Positions 27,037-37,482 of a stretch of DNA of 64,000 nt are shown in pieces. Every line of letters starts with the position of its first letter. Within the stretch, counting starts at the first letter, position 1. A program made the translations under genes and the position numbers. The notes below the pieces were generated by a model. It had not been told where the DNA came from. It was given only the letters and a program-made list of their open reading frames with translations, and made no database searches. Source of the stretch: an uncultured Acidimicrobiales bacterium (GTDB lineage: Bacteria > Actinomycetota > Acidimicrobiia > Acidimicrobiales > JAHEJN01). The DNA is taken from contig CAVOZP010000004.1 in assembly GCA_963700995.1 (NCBI GenBank), positions 170,321 through 234,320 of the forward strand, given 5' to 3'.

Positions 27037-27465
27037 TCAGTGGGCGAGCGACGCGTCGACGAACTGGCGGATGCCCTCGATCGGCATGGCACCGACCTGT
27101 CGGCCGACCTCGACGCCACCGGCGAACAGCAGCATCGTCGGAATGCCCTGCACCGCGAATCGGGCCGACACCGTGGGGGCCTCGTCGACATTCACCTTCG
27201 CAATACGCAACGACCCAGCCCGTTCCACCGCAAGCTGTTCGAGCGCCGGAGCAACCATACGGCACGGGCCACACCACGGGGCCCAGAGATCGACCAACAC
27301 AGGGAGCTTGGACTGTTCGATGACCGCGGAGAACTCGCCGGCGCCGAGATCGACCAACCAGGGGAGGTCGGCCCGGCATTCGCCGCAACGCGGTCGGCCA
27401 CGAGACACGAGGGGAACCCGGTTGCGGGTTCCACAGCTCGGGCAGGCGATCACACGGTCGGCCAT
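27037..27465 (-). CDS. trxC: Thioredoxin 2 (zinc-finger N-terminal extension)
   Basis: 'CPSCGTRNRV...PRCGEC' CxxC-x-CxxC zinc finger followed by the 'VDLWAPWCGPCRMVAP' active site and 'GIPTMLLF'. Confidence 0.9.
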   Translation of the reverse strand: MADRVIACPSCGTRNRVPLVSRGRPRCGECRADLPWLVDLGAGEFSAVIEQSKLPVLVDLWAPWCGPCRMVAPALEQLAVERAGSLRIAKVNVDEAPTVSARFAVQGIPTMLLFAGGVEVGRQVGAMPIEGIRQFVDASLAH

Positions 27466-27582
27466 CGTTGCATTCTCGGTCGGTTCCGGAGCCTCGCCCA
27501 GAGCCGAACGTCCTGTCGTTGCTGCTGCGGTGGCGGTCACGTGGCGACGCTGGAGCGCGGCCCGGCGCAACCGGCTGACGGC

Positions 27583-28128
27583 TCACCATTCGAGGTTTCG
27601 GGGAACGACGAAGCCGATCAGCTCGGCGCCACCCCAGTCGAGCTCGTCCCACGGCACGGGAACGAAGAACGTGGCCAGGGCTCCGGTGGGGAACTTCGTC
27701 TCGAGGCGGGTCTGCAGCAGCGGATCTCCCGAACCCACCAGCCCCGAGCACAAATCCTCGATCCCGGGATTGTGACCGATGAGCAACACGGACCCGACCG
27801 ACTCGGGCACGAGGCAGAGCCGACCGAGGAGGTGGTCGTCGCTGGCGCCGTACAGCTCGTCTTCGACCACGACTGCGGTCGCCGGCGGAAAAGCCTCGGC
27901 AACTCCCTTCCAGGTCTCGACCGCTCGCACCGCGCTCGAGCACAGGACCAGGTCGGGAACGATCTCGAGGTCGGTGAAGTGGCCACGCATGGCCGCCGCG
28001 GCGCGAAGCCCCCGTGGGGCCAGGGGTCGATCATGATCGGCCAGGCCGGGCGTGTTCCAGCTCGACTTGGCATGGCGCAACACCAGAAGCAGATGGTGGT
28101 CGGTCTGGACAGCCTCCGCAGCGGTCAT
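27583..28128 (-). CDS. Histidine-phosphatase superfamily protein, SixA-like
   Basis: 'LLLVLRHAKSSWNTPGLADHDRPLAPRG' and 'LLIGHNPG'. Start chosen at ATG 28128. Confidence 0.8.
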   Translation of the reverse strand: MTAAEAVQTDHHLLLVLRHAKSSWNTPGLADHDRPLAPRGLRAAAAMRGHFTDLEIVPDLVLCSSAVRAVETWKGVAEAFPPATAVVVEDELYGASDDHLLGRLCLVPESVGSVLLIGHNPGIEDLCSGLVGSGDPLLQTRLETKFPTGALATFFVPVPWDELDWGGAELIGFVVPRNLEW

Positions 28129-28219
28129 GTGGCCAGTGTGCACCCTGACATCTTCGGCGTGAAGGCACTTCCGGAAAATGGGCACGACTCCGGCTCCGCT
28201 GCAGGCCACACTCGTGGCC

Positions 28220-28753
28220 ATGGCTCTGCGCTCCGATCATCTCGTGTTGCGGCCACCGACTCCCGACGACGCCCCCGTGGTGACGGCGGCCGTGCATGCC
28301 TCCCGGGCCGACCTGTTGCCGTTCATGCCGTGGGCCAATGGCACCTACACCGAGGCCGATGCCCTGCGCTGGATCAACGGCGAGCTCGGTGACGCCCAAC
28401 GGTTCGTGATGATCGACGACGACGGCACCTTCGTCGGGAGTTGTGGACTCAACCGGATCAACGAGGTGAACAACACTGCCAACCTGGGCTACTGGGTGCA
28501 TTCGGACCACACGGGACGTGGCCATGCCACGGCGGCGACCCGCCTGTTGGCGCACCACGGGCTGGTCGAGATGGGCTATCAGCGCATCGAAGTGTTCATG
28601 TCGACCCGGAACCACGCCAGCCGCCGGGTGGCGGAGAAGGCCGGCGCGCACTACGAGGGCGTTGCCCGCGCCCGGCTGCTTCTCCACGGTGAGCCCCACG
28701 ACGCCGACGTGTTCAGCTTCACCGCCGTAAATGTGGGGTCTGATGGCCGCTGA
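28220..28753 (+). CDS. GNAT N-acetyltransferase (RimJ/RimL-like)
   Basis: 'LVLRPPTPDDAP', 'NLGYWVHSDHTGRGHATAA', 'YQRIEVFMSTRNHASRRVAEKAGAHYEGV' are the typical RimJ/L pattern. Start 28178 is also possible. Confidence 0.8.
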   Translation: MALRSDHLVLRPPTPDDAPVVTAAVHASRADLLPFMPWANGTYTEADALRWINGELGDAQRFVMIDDDGTFVGSCGLNRINEVNNTANLGYWVHSDHTGRGHATAATRLLAHHGLVEMGYQRIEVFMSTRNHASRRVAEKAGAHYEGVARARLLLHGEPHDADVFSFTAVNVGSDGR

Positions 28754-30272
28754 GGGGTCACCGGACTCGACGGAAGCGGTGGGGGCTCAGCCGCGGGTGC
28801 GTGCCGGCGAGCCTCTGCCCAACGGGCTGGCCATTGCGCTGGTCACCGGTACCTCGGCCGCCGTGTTGGTGCTGGAGATCCTCGCCGGTCGCCTTCTCGC
28901 CCCGTACGTGGGCGTGAGCCTGGAGACTTTCACCGGCATCATCGGCACGATCCTTGCCGGCATCGCCGTGGGAGCCTGGGCCGGCGGCTACCTGGCCGAT
29001 CGGTTCGATCCCCGGCGGGTGGTGCCGCTGTTGCTCATGACCGGAGGGGTTCTCGCCATCGCCAGCATTCCCGTCGTGCGCCTGCTCGGTCCCGAGCTCG
29101 CTTCCGCCGGCGGGGTCAACATCATCGCTCTGGCCGCCTTCGGCTTCCTGCCTGCGGCCACGGTCCTCAGTGCGGTACCCCCTGCGGTGGTGAAACTCCA
29201 GCTGCGTGACCTCTCCACCACCGGTGTCACGGTCGGTCGGCTGTCGGCCTACAGCACCGCCGGTGCGATCGTCGGTACGTTCCTCACCGGGTTCGTGCTC
29301 GTCGCCTGGGCCGCAGTCACGACCCTCGTCGTCACGGTTGGCCTCCTGCTCATCGCATCGGGTGTCGCACTGTGGGCCGCTGCCGCTCTCCACTCGACCG
29401 GCCGACTGTTCAGTCTCACGGCGCTGGTCGCCGTGTTGATCACCGGCGTCGTCGTCGTCGACAGCCCCTGCCAGATCCAGACGGCGTACTACTGCGTGTC
29501 GGTCGAGGTCGATGCCGGCAACCCGTCGGGGCGCGTGCTGCGCCTCGACGATCTGCGTCACAGCTACGTCGATCTCGACGAACCCACCCACCTCGAGTTC
29601 TGGTACATCCGCCGTCTCGTCGACGCCATCGAGATCCTCGGGCCCGAGGGTCTCATCGATGTCATCGAGCTGGGTGGGGGCGGGTTCACCATTCCCCGCT
29701 ATCTCCAGGCCACTCGTCCGGGCAGCAACCAGACGGTGATGGAGATCGACGAGGACCTGGTTGGCATCGTGGTCACCGACCTCGGGTTCGACCGAGCCGC
29801 CGAGACCGAGATCGTCGTGGGCGACGCCCGCCTGAGCATGACCGACCGGCCATCCGACAGCGCCGACATCGTGATCGGTGATGCGTTCGGAAGCCGGGCC
29901 GTGCCGTTCCACCTCGCGACCCGGGAGTTCCTCACCGACCTCGACCGAGTATTGCGACCCGGCGGCGTGTACGCCGCCAACGTGATCGACTCGTCGGCCC
30001 TCGACTTCCTGCGGGCCGAGGCGGCAACGATCGCCGATGTGTTCCCTCACGTCGTCGTCATCCTCGGAGCTGGAGCAGCGGCGGGCTTCGGTGGCAACTC
30101 GGTGATCGTGGCGTCGGATCAACCGATCGACCGGGCCGCGCTCGCCGCATCGATCGAGCGGTCCGGCGACGCCGGGCACGTCGTCGAAGACATCACGGCT
30201 TTTCTCGACGGTGCCCTGCTGCTCACCGACGACTTCGCTCCGGTCGATCAGCTCATCTCCGGCGCTCGCTGA
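28731..30272 (+). CDS. Fused polytopic membrane / spermidine synthase-like methyltransferase-fold protein
   Basis: N-terminal half has about 7 TM segments. C-terminal half has 'VIELGGGGFTIPRYL', 'IVIGDAF', 'HLATREFLTDLDRVLRPGGVYAANV' (spermidine synthase-like). Confidence 0.8.
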   Translation: MWGLMAAEGSPDSTEAVGAQPRVRAGEPLPNGLAIALVTGTSAAVLVLEILAGRLLAPYVGVSLETFTGIIGTILAGIAVGAWAGGYLADRFDPRRVVPLLLMTGGVLAIASIPVVRLLGPELASAGGVNIIALAAFGFLPAATVLSAVPPAVVKLQLRDLSTTGVTVGRLSAYSTAGAIVGTFLTGFVLVAWAAVTTLVVTVGLLLIASGVALWAAAALHSTGRLFSLTALVAVLITGVVVVDSPCQIQTAYYCVSVEVDAGNPSGRVLRLDDLRHSYVDLDEPTHLEFWYIRRLVDAIEILGPEGLIDVIELGGGGFTIPRYLQATRPGSNQTVMEIDEDLVGIVVTDLGFDRAAETEIVVGDARLSMTDRPSDSADIVIGDAFGSRAVPFHLATREFLTDLDRVLRPGGVYAANVIDSSALDFLRAEAATIADVFPHVVVILGAGAAAGFGGNSVIVASDQPIDRAALAASIERSGDAGHVVEDITAFLDGALLLTDDFAPVDQLISGAR

Positions 30273-30348
30273 CGCCTCCACCATCGAAATTGGTTTGCTC
30301 GGGCCCACGTGTGGGGCCCGGCAAACCAATTTCGGCAGGCGGTGGTCC

Positions 30349-31647
30349 TCAGCGCTCGTCGATCACCCGGTGCATCTTGCCGGCCGACCTCTCCACCTCG
30401 CCGGGCTCGACCACCTCGACGGCGACGGTGACGCCGATGTTGCTCTTCACGTGGTCGGCGAGCTCGACTCCGGCCGCGGCCGCCTCGTCGACGGTGGCAT
30501 CGGTACGGCGCTCGACCTTGACCGTGAGCGAGTCCATGGCACCCTCTTTGCGCAGGATGCACTGGAAGTGCGCCGAGAGCTCCGGTGTTCGCAGCGTGAG
30601 CTCTTCGATCTGGGTGGGGAACAGGTTCACACCGCGGAGGATGATCATGTCGTCGGTGCGGCCGGTGATCTTCTCGATGCGCCGCATCGGCCGGGCGGTG
30701 CCAGGCAACAAGCGGGTGAGATCGCGGGTGCGATAGCGCACGACCGGCATCGCCTCCTTGGTGAGGGTGGTGAACACCAGCTCGCCGTACTCGCCGTCGG
30801 GCAGCACCGCGCCGGACTCGGGGTCGATGATCTCGGGATAGAAGTGGTCTTCCCAGACGTGCAGGCCGTCCTTGGTCTCGACGCATTCGTTGGCGACTCC
30901 GGGGCCCATGACCTCCGAGAGGCCGTAGATGTCGACCGCATGCATGTCGAGGCGTCGTTCCATCTCGGTCCGCATGTCGTTGGTCCACGGTTCGGCGCCG
31001 AAGATGCCCACCTGCAGTGACGTGTCGGCCGGATCGAGATCGTGACGTTCCATCTCGTCGATCAGCGCCAGCATGTAGCTGGGGGTGACCATGATCACCT
31101 CGGGCCGGAAGTCGTTGATGAGGCGAACCTGACGCTCGGTCATGCCCCCCGAGACAGGGATCACCGTGCACCCCAGTCGCTCGGCGCCATAGTGCGCTCC
31201 GAGACCGCCGGTGAACAGGCCATAGCCGTAGGCGATGTGAACCTTGTGCCCCGGCCGTCCGCCCGATGCCCGGATGGAACGCGCACACATGTCGGCCCAG
31301 ATGTCGATGTCGTTCCTCGTGTATCCCACCACCGTGGGTTGACCGGTGGTGCCCGACGACGCATGAACACGCGAGACCTCGGCCTGTGGCACTGCGAACA
31401 TGCCAAAGGGGTAGTGACTGCGCAGGTCCTCTTTGGTGGTGAAGGGAAAACGGGCGAGGTCGTCGAGGCTCCGGCAGTCGTCGGGGTGGACGCCCGCGGT
31501 CTCGAAGGCGCTCCGGTAGTCCGCGACGTTCTCATACGCGTGATGCAGCGACCATTGGAGGCGGGGGAGCTGCACCGATCGGATCTCGTCGATCGACGCC
31601 CGCTCGATCGGGTCGAGCGACTCCGGCGGTGGTGTGAGGTCGATCAT
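30349..31647 (-). CDS. paaK: Phenylacetate-CoA ligase
   Basis: 'MIDLTPPPESLDPIERASIDEIRSVQL..L', 'FPFTTKEDLR', 'VHASSGTTGQPTVVGYT', 'EKITGRTDDMIILRGVNLFPTQIE' are PaaK blocks. 432 aa from ATG 31647. Confidence 0.9.
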   Translation of the reverse strand: MIDLTPPPESLDPIERASIDEIRSVQLPRLQWSLHHAYENVADYRSAFETAGVHPDDCRSLDDLARFPFTTKEDLRSHYPFGMFAVPQAEVSRVHASSGTTGQPTVVGYTRNDIDIWADMCARSIRASGGRPGHKVHIAYGYGLFTGGLGAHYGAERLGCTVIPVSGGMTERQVRLINDFRPEVIMVTPSYMLALIDEMERHDLDPADTSLQVGIFGAEPWTNDMRTEMERRLDMHAVDIYGLSEVMGPGVANECVETKDGLHVWEDHFYPEIIDPESGAVLPDGEYGELVFTTLTKEAMPVVRYRTRDLTRLLPGTARPMRRIEKITGRTDDMIILRGVNLFPTQIEELTLRTPELSAHFQCILRKEGAMDSLTVKVERRTDATVDEAAAAGVELADHVKSNIGVTVAVEVVEPGEVERSAGKMHRVIDER

Positions 31648-31715
31648 GGACCCAGTTTCGCCGCGCCGTGGCGGCGACGCACATTCGCCTCGAACCTGGG
31701 CTGTCCCGAGCCTTC

Positions 31716-32918
31716 TCAGCCCAGCGCGGTGGAGGCGCGCTCGATGCGCCCGAAGCGATCGACCGGCATCCAGAACAGCAGCAGCGAACCCACGCCGCCG
31801 GACACCGCCGCGAACAGGATCGCCCAGCGGTAGCTGTCGGTCTGATCGATGAGCCACCCGGCGAAGGGCGGGCCGAGCAGGCCGCCGAGGCCGGCACCGG
31901 TGTAGAACACGCCGAGCATCTTTCCGAGTCCCACGACACCCAACAGATCGCTCAAGACGATCGGGCTCAAGGCCACGAAACCGCCGTAGCCCACGCCCAG
32001 GACGATGACGAAGACCACGAGGGCGGTGAACGACGATCCGGCCATCAACCACACGAGGAAGCTGAGCGAATGGCTCACGAAGCACACGCGGTAGAGCCGG
32101 AACGATCCGAAGCGCCGCACCAGCGAACCGAACCCCACGCGGGCAAGAACGCTCGATCCTCCCAACACGCCCACCAGGATCGACGCTTGTACAGCACCGA
32201 CACCTCGATCCTTTGCGTACTGACCGACGAAGACGAAGGGTACGAACAGGCCGAGCGCAAGACACAACGCCGAGGTGATCAGCCGCCGGAACACGGGCGA
32301 CCCGAAGGCATCGAGATACGGCCGGTTCGCCGCCTGGGCGTGCACGGGTGGACGATCCATGAGCGGGACACAGGCCAGAAGCACTGCGGCACCACCGATG
32401 GCGAAGATGCGGTACGTGTCCCGCCAGCCGTAGGCATCGATGAGTGCGGCAGCGAGCGGCGACAGCACCAGCGTCCCCACGCCGATCCCGGCGACGGCCA
32501 CACCGACGGCGACGGCTCGTGACCGTTCGAACCAGGCGCCGACCACCGCCACCATCGGCACGTACCCGCAGGCCGCAGCGACGCCGACCCCTGCGCCGTA
32601 GGTGAGATACCCGGCGGTGAGCGACTGCACCTCGGCGGTGGCGAGGAGTCCGACGAGAAGGCTGGCGGCGCCCAACGCGAGGACCGGTCGGGGACCGAAG
32701 CGATCGACCATGCGACCGGTGCCGATGCCCAACCAGAAGAAGCTGAAGGTGGTGATGCCGAATATCACCGCAGTGGCGCCGCGGGCGGCGTCGAACTCCT
32801 CGGCCATCGACTCGAAGAAGGCGCCGAAGCTGTAGGCGGTGCCCAAGGTGATGCCCGACGAGAAGAACGCGCCCACCACCGTGAGCCAGGCCCGGCGGGA
32901 ATCGAGACCGCCTGTCAC
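31716..32918 (-). CDS. MFS transporter (OFA/monocarboxylate-like)
   Basis: 400 aa, 12 predicted hydrophobic segments. 'GRMVDRFGPRPV' loop 2-3 motif. Confidence 0.85.
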   Translation of the reverse strand: MTGGLDSRRAWLTVVGAFFSSGITLGTAYSFGAFFESMAEEFDAARGATAVIFGITTFSFFWLGIGTGRMVDRFGPRPVLALGAASLLVGLLATAEVQSLTAGYLTYGAGVGVAAACGYVPMVAVVGAWFERSRAVAVGVAVAGIGVGTLVLSPLAAALIDAYGWRDTYRIFAIGGAAVLLACVPLMDRPPVHAQAANRPYLDAFGSPVFRRLITSALCLALGLFVPFVFVGQYAKDRGVGAVQASILVGVLGGSSVLARVGFGSLVRRFGSFRLYRVCFVSHSLSFLVWLMAGSSFTALVVFVIVLGVGYGGFVALSPIVLSDLLGVVGLGKMLGVFYTGAGLGGLLGPPFAGWLIDQTDSYRWAILFAAVSGGVGSLLLFWMPVDRFGRIERASTALG

Positions 32919-32928
32919 TCGGGCTCGA

Positions 32929-35900
32929 TCAATCGAGCGTCAGCGCGCGGTCGAGCAGGCTGGCCTGCTCCTGCGCGTGGATCTTCGCACTGCCCGTGGC
33001 CGGGCTGCCCGACTCGTAGCGGCTCATCCTTCGGATGATGTGGGTCTCCTCGTGGGCCTCGTAGAAGCGCCCCTTCACGAAGTTCCACGCGCCCATGTTC
33101 TCGGGTTCCTCCTGGAGCCACACGATCTCGCCTGCGTGCGGGTACCGGTTGAGTGCGGCGGCGACCTGCTTGGCCGGCCACGGGTAGAGCTGCTCGACCC
33201 GGACGATGGCAACCGGGACCGACCGTTCGTCGCGCAGCGCCTGGAGCTCGGGGCCGACCTTGCCCGACGTGAAGACCACTCGCCGTACCTGTTCGGGATC
33301 GACGAGCGTGTCGTCGAGGACCTCGTGGAAGGTGCCGCCCGTGAGCTCGCTCACCGGGGACTGTGTTCCCCGGGCCCGGAGCAGCGACTTGGGGGTGAAC
33401 AACATGAGCGGCTTGGGCGTGGCGCGGTGGATCTGGCGGCGCAGCACGTGGAACAGCTGTGCCGCGGTCGTGCAGTTGACGACCTGGATGTTGTCCTCGG
33501 CGGCAAGCAGGAGGAAGCGTTCGATGCGCCCCGAGGAGTGCTCGGGGCCCTGACCCTCGTAGCCGTGGGGGAGGAGCATCACGAGCCCGCTCTTTTGCTT
33601 CCACTTGTCTTCGGCGCCCACGATGAACTGGTCGATGATGATCTGGGCCCCGTTCATGAAGTCGCCGAACTGGGCTTCCCAGATCACCAGTGCGTCGGTG
33701 TTGGTCACCGAGTAGCCGTACTCGAAGCCGAGGGCGGCGTACTCGGAGAGCAGCGAGTCGTAGACCCAGAGCTCGGCGCCGTCCTCGCAAAGGGTGCGCA
33801 GAGGGACGTGTTCGGCGGCCGTCTCGAAACAGACCAGCGTGGAGTGCCGGTGCGAGAACGTGCCGCGTCGTGAGTCCTGCCCGGCCAGACGGATCGAGGT
33901 TCCCTCCGACAGCAGTGTGCCGAAGGCCAACGCCTCGGCGAGCGCCCAGTCGACCATGTGGTCGTTGCGGTACATGGCCTCGCGGGTGGCGAACTGCCTG
34001 GCCAGCTTCGGATGGATCATGAAGTCGTCGTTGGGTGCCTTGAACAGCGGCTCGAAGGCATGGTCGAGCAGCTCCTTCGACACGGCGGTGGCCACCGGAG
34101 CCAACACGCCTACGGGAGCGGGCGGTGGCTTGGCCATCAACCCCGGCGGAGGCGCGTGGTCACGGGTCAGGTCGAGGGCCATCTGGAGCGCGTCGTGGAA
34201 CGCAGCCTGGGCTGCCTCGGCGTCTTCGGGGGTGAGCTCGTTCGCCTTCACCAGGGCAGCCACGTACCGCTCGCGGGTGCTCGGATGTTCCTGGATGCGC
34301 CGGTACATCAGGGGCTGGGTGTAGCTGGGGTCATCGCCTTCGTTGTGGCCGTGGCGCCGGTAACACCACATGTCGATCACGACGTCCTTGTTGAACCGTT
34401 GCCGGTACTCGAAGGCCAGATGAGCTACCCGGGCACAGGCTTCGGGGTCGTCGCCGTTCACGTGGAAGATGGGAGCCTGAACGGTGCGGGCCACATCGGT
34501 GGCGTAGGTGCTCGACCGTGACGACTCGGGGGTGGTGGTGAATCCGAGCTGGTTGTTGATCACGAGGTGGATGGTGCCGCCGACCTTGTAGCCGCGGATC
34601 TGGCTCATGGCCAGGGTCTCGGCCACGACGCCCTGGCCGGCGAATGCGGCGTCGCCATGAATCGTGAGGGGCAGCACGGGATAGCGCGGGTTGTCGTCGT
34701 TGTGCTGGTTGATGAGGTCCATGCGGGCTCGCACCATGCCGGCGACGACAGGATCGACCGCCTCGAGGTGCGACGGATTCGCTGCCAGCTCGATCGGAAT
34801 GGTGCTGCCGTTGCGGCTGGTGAACACGCCCGTCTGGCCGAGGTGGTACTTCACATCGCCGCCACCCTGGATCGAGTCGGTGTCGATGGGGGCCTCGAAC
34901 TCGCCGAAGAGCTTCTCGAACTCCTTGCCGACGATGTTCACCAAGACGTTCAGCCGGCCTCGATGGGCCATACCCATGACCACCGATTCGAGACCTGAGT
35001 CGGCGGCGTCGCCGATGAGGGTGTCGAGAATCGGGATGGCCGATTCGGCCCCTTCGATGCCGAACCGCTTCTGGCCGACGTATTTGGTCCCGAGGAACTT
35101 CTCGAGGGCTTCGGCCGCCGAGAGTCGGTCGAGGATGTGTAGCTTCTCGTCCTGGCCGATGTTGGTGCCGTGACCTTCGAGGGAGTGCTGGATCCAGCGC
35201 TTCTCGTCGAGATCCTCGACGTGCATGTACTCGACGCCGATGGTGCGGCAGTACGCATCTCGCAGCAGGTGCAGGATGTCGGAGAGCTTCATCTTCGCGC
35301 CGCCGTTCACTGCCTCGGCGCCGGTGAGGCCGGTGGTGAGGAATTCCCGCTCGAGGTCCCAGATGGTGAGCCCATAGGTCGCCGGGTCGAGCTCGGAGTG
35401 CATCTGCAGTTCCTTGAGCCCGAGCGGGTCGACGTCAGCGATGAGGTGGCCGCGCACCCGGTACATGTGGATCAGCGCATCGACCTGCGACTGCTTCTCC
35501 AACATCGACGTCTCGCGGTCGACGGTCATGACGTCGCGCCGCCACTTGACCGCCTCGTAGGGCACGCCCATGGCAGCCATGGCGTCGACGTAGAAGTCGT
35601 CCTCGCCGAGCAGGAGCTCGTGCACCTTCTTCAGGAACAGGCCCGACTCGGCGCCCTGGATGATGCGGTGGTCATAGGTCGACGAGAGCGTGATGATCTT
35701 CGACACCCCGAGCTCGGCGAGCAACTGGGGATTCGCGGCCTGGAACTCGGTGGGATAGGCGATCGAACCGACGCCGACGATGAGCCCCTGGCCGGCCATG
35801 AGCCGTGGCACCGACTGGATGGTGCCGATGGTGCCCGGGTTGGTGAGGCTCACGGTGGTGCCGGCGAAGTCGTCGGGTGAGAGTTTGTTGTCGCGGACCT

Positions 35901-36629
35901 TGGTGATGAGGGCCTCGTAGGCGTCGACGAAGGCGCGGAAGTCGAGCGTGTCGGCGTCTTTCACGCACGGGACCATGAGCGTGCGCGAGCCATCGGCCTT
36001 CTCGACATCGACCGCCACACCGAGACCCACGTGTTCATGGCGAATGACCTTGGGCGGTTCACTGCCGTCGGCCGGGATGAACCCGGCGTTCATGGTCGGC
36101 ATGTGGTCGGCGATGGCCCGCACGACGGCGTAGCCGATGAGGTGGGTGAACGACACTCTGCCACCGCGGGTGCGTCCCAGGTAGCCGTTGATGATCTGGC
36201 GGTTCACCTCGAGCAGCCGGGCCGGTACCTCCCGGAAGCTCGTGGCGGTCGGAACGCCCAGGCTGGCCTCCATGTTCGCCACGATGCGGGCGGCGGCCCC
36301 CCGAAGGGGCTGGGCATCGGGACCCACATGTTCGGTGGGAGCCGACACCTTCTCGACCGGTGGGGCACTCGATGCGACCGCCGGCGCGGGTTGGGGCGCG
36401 GGTTCGGGCGCTGGTGCCGGGGCGCGATCGCCGACTCAGCGACCGTGTCGGACGGTTGCGGCATCGGCTCGGTGGGTGCCGGCGCGTCCTCGTGGGGCGA
36501 GATGTCGCGTCCCTCGAACATGTCGCGCCACGACTGCGGGACCGATTCGGGGTCGGTCAGATACTTCTCGCGCATCTCGTCGACGAGCCACGAGTTCTGG
36601 CCGGGAGAAATCGCCGATTGATCGGTCAT
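32929..36629 (-). pseudogene. kgd: Multifunctional 2-oxoglutarate dehydrogenase/decarboxylase E1 (Kgd/SucA, actinobacterial type), one frameshift as sequenced
   Basis: ORF 32929..36348 carries the E2-like acyltransferase segment plus E1 ('HRGRLNVL', 'GDAAFAGQGVV', 'FHVNGDDPEA', 'RRHGHNEGDDPS', 'LPHGYEGQGPEHSS'). The canonical N-terminus 'MTDQSAISPGQNSWLVDEMREKYLTDPESVPQSWRDMF' (ATG 36629) is in another frame. The frames meet at a G4/C4 run (36419-36422) inside a Pro/Ala linker. Combined length is about 1233 aa. Confidence 0.9.
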
Positions 36630-36701
36630 CGCGGCCGAGTCTACGACAGAGCGGCGTGCGCCACCGGCGGCGTCGACAAACTCACCCGATACTCTCGCGT
36701 C

Positions 36702-37475
36702 GTGCGTGTCGTGAGCTGGAACGTGAACTCTCTCAACGCCCGTCTGGCCCGCGTCGAGGAATGGCTGTCGTTGGCCCAGCCCGACGTGTTGTGCATGCAG
36801 GAGACCAAACTTGCCAACGATGCGTTCCCCGCGCTGACCTTCGAAGCGCTCGGCTACGAGTCTTTTCACCACGGCCAGGGCCAGTGGAACGGCGTGGCCA
36901 TCCTCTCGAGGGTCGGCCTCGACGATCCGGCCGTCGACTTCGCCGACGGTGGGGCCCCCGACACCGATGCCCGTCTGTGCTGGGCAACCTGCGGTGGTGT
37001 CCGTATTGCGAGCGGCTACATCCCCAATGGTCGCGCCATCGACGACCCGCACTACACGTACAAGCTCGAATGGCTCGACCGGCTCCGGAGCCACCTGGTC
37101 CAACAGCACACACCCGATGACCCGGTGCTCGTCGTCGGCGACTTCAACATCGCTCCTGAGGATCGCGACGTTTGGGACCGGCAGGCGTTCGAGGGCTCCA
37201 CCCATGTGACCGAGCCCGAACGAGCGGCTCTCGCTGCGCTGAACGACTGGGGGCTGATCGATCTGTTCCGTCGGCAGTATCCCGAGCCCGATGGCCTGTA
37301 CACCTACTGGGACTACCAGGCCGGACGCTTCCACAAGCGTCAGGGAATGCGCATCGACCTGCTGATGGGCACCCAGTCGATCGCCGACCGCACCGAGTGG
37401 GTGCTGGTCGATCGCAACGCGCGCAAGGGCGACAAGCCGTCCGATCACGCGCCCGTGTTGGTCGACCTCGGGTGA
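36702..37475 (+). CDS. xthA: Exodeoxyribonuclease III (AP endonuclease)
   Basis: GTG 36702 'VRVVSWNVNSLNARL..V..WL....PDVLCMQETK', 'DFNIAPEDRDVWD', 'SDHAPVLVDL'. Confidence 0.9.
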   Translation: MRVVSWNVNSLNARLARVEEWLSLAQPDVLCMQETKLANDAFPALTFEALGYESFHHGQGQWNGVAILSRVGLDDPAVDFADGGAPDTDARLCWATCGGVRIASGYIPNGRAIDDPHYTYKLEWLDRLRSHLVQQHTPDDPVLVVGDFNIAPEDRDVWDRQAFEGSTHVTEPERAALAALNDWGLIDLFRRQYPEPDGLYTYWDYQAGRFHKRQGMRIDLLMGTQSIADRTEWVLVDRNARKGDKPSDHAPVLVDLG

Positions 37476-37482
37476 GTCACCC

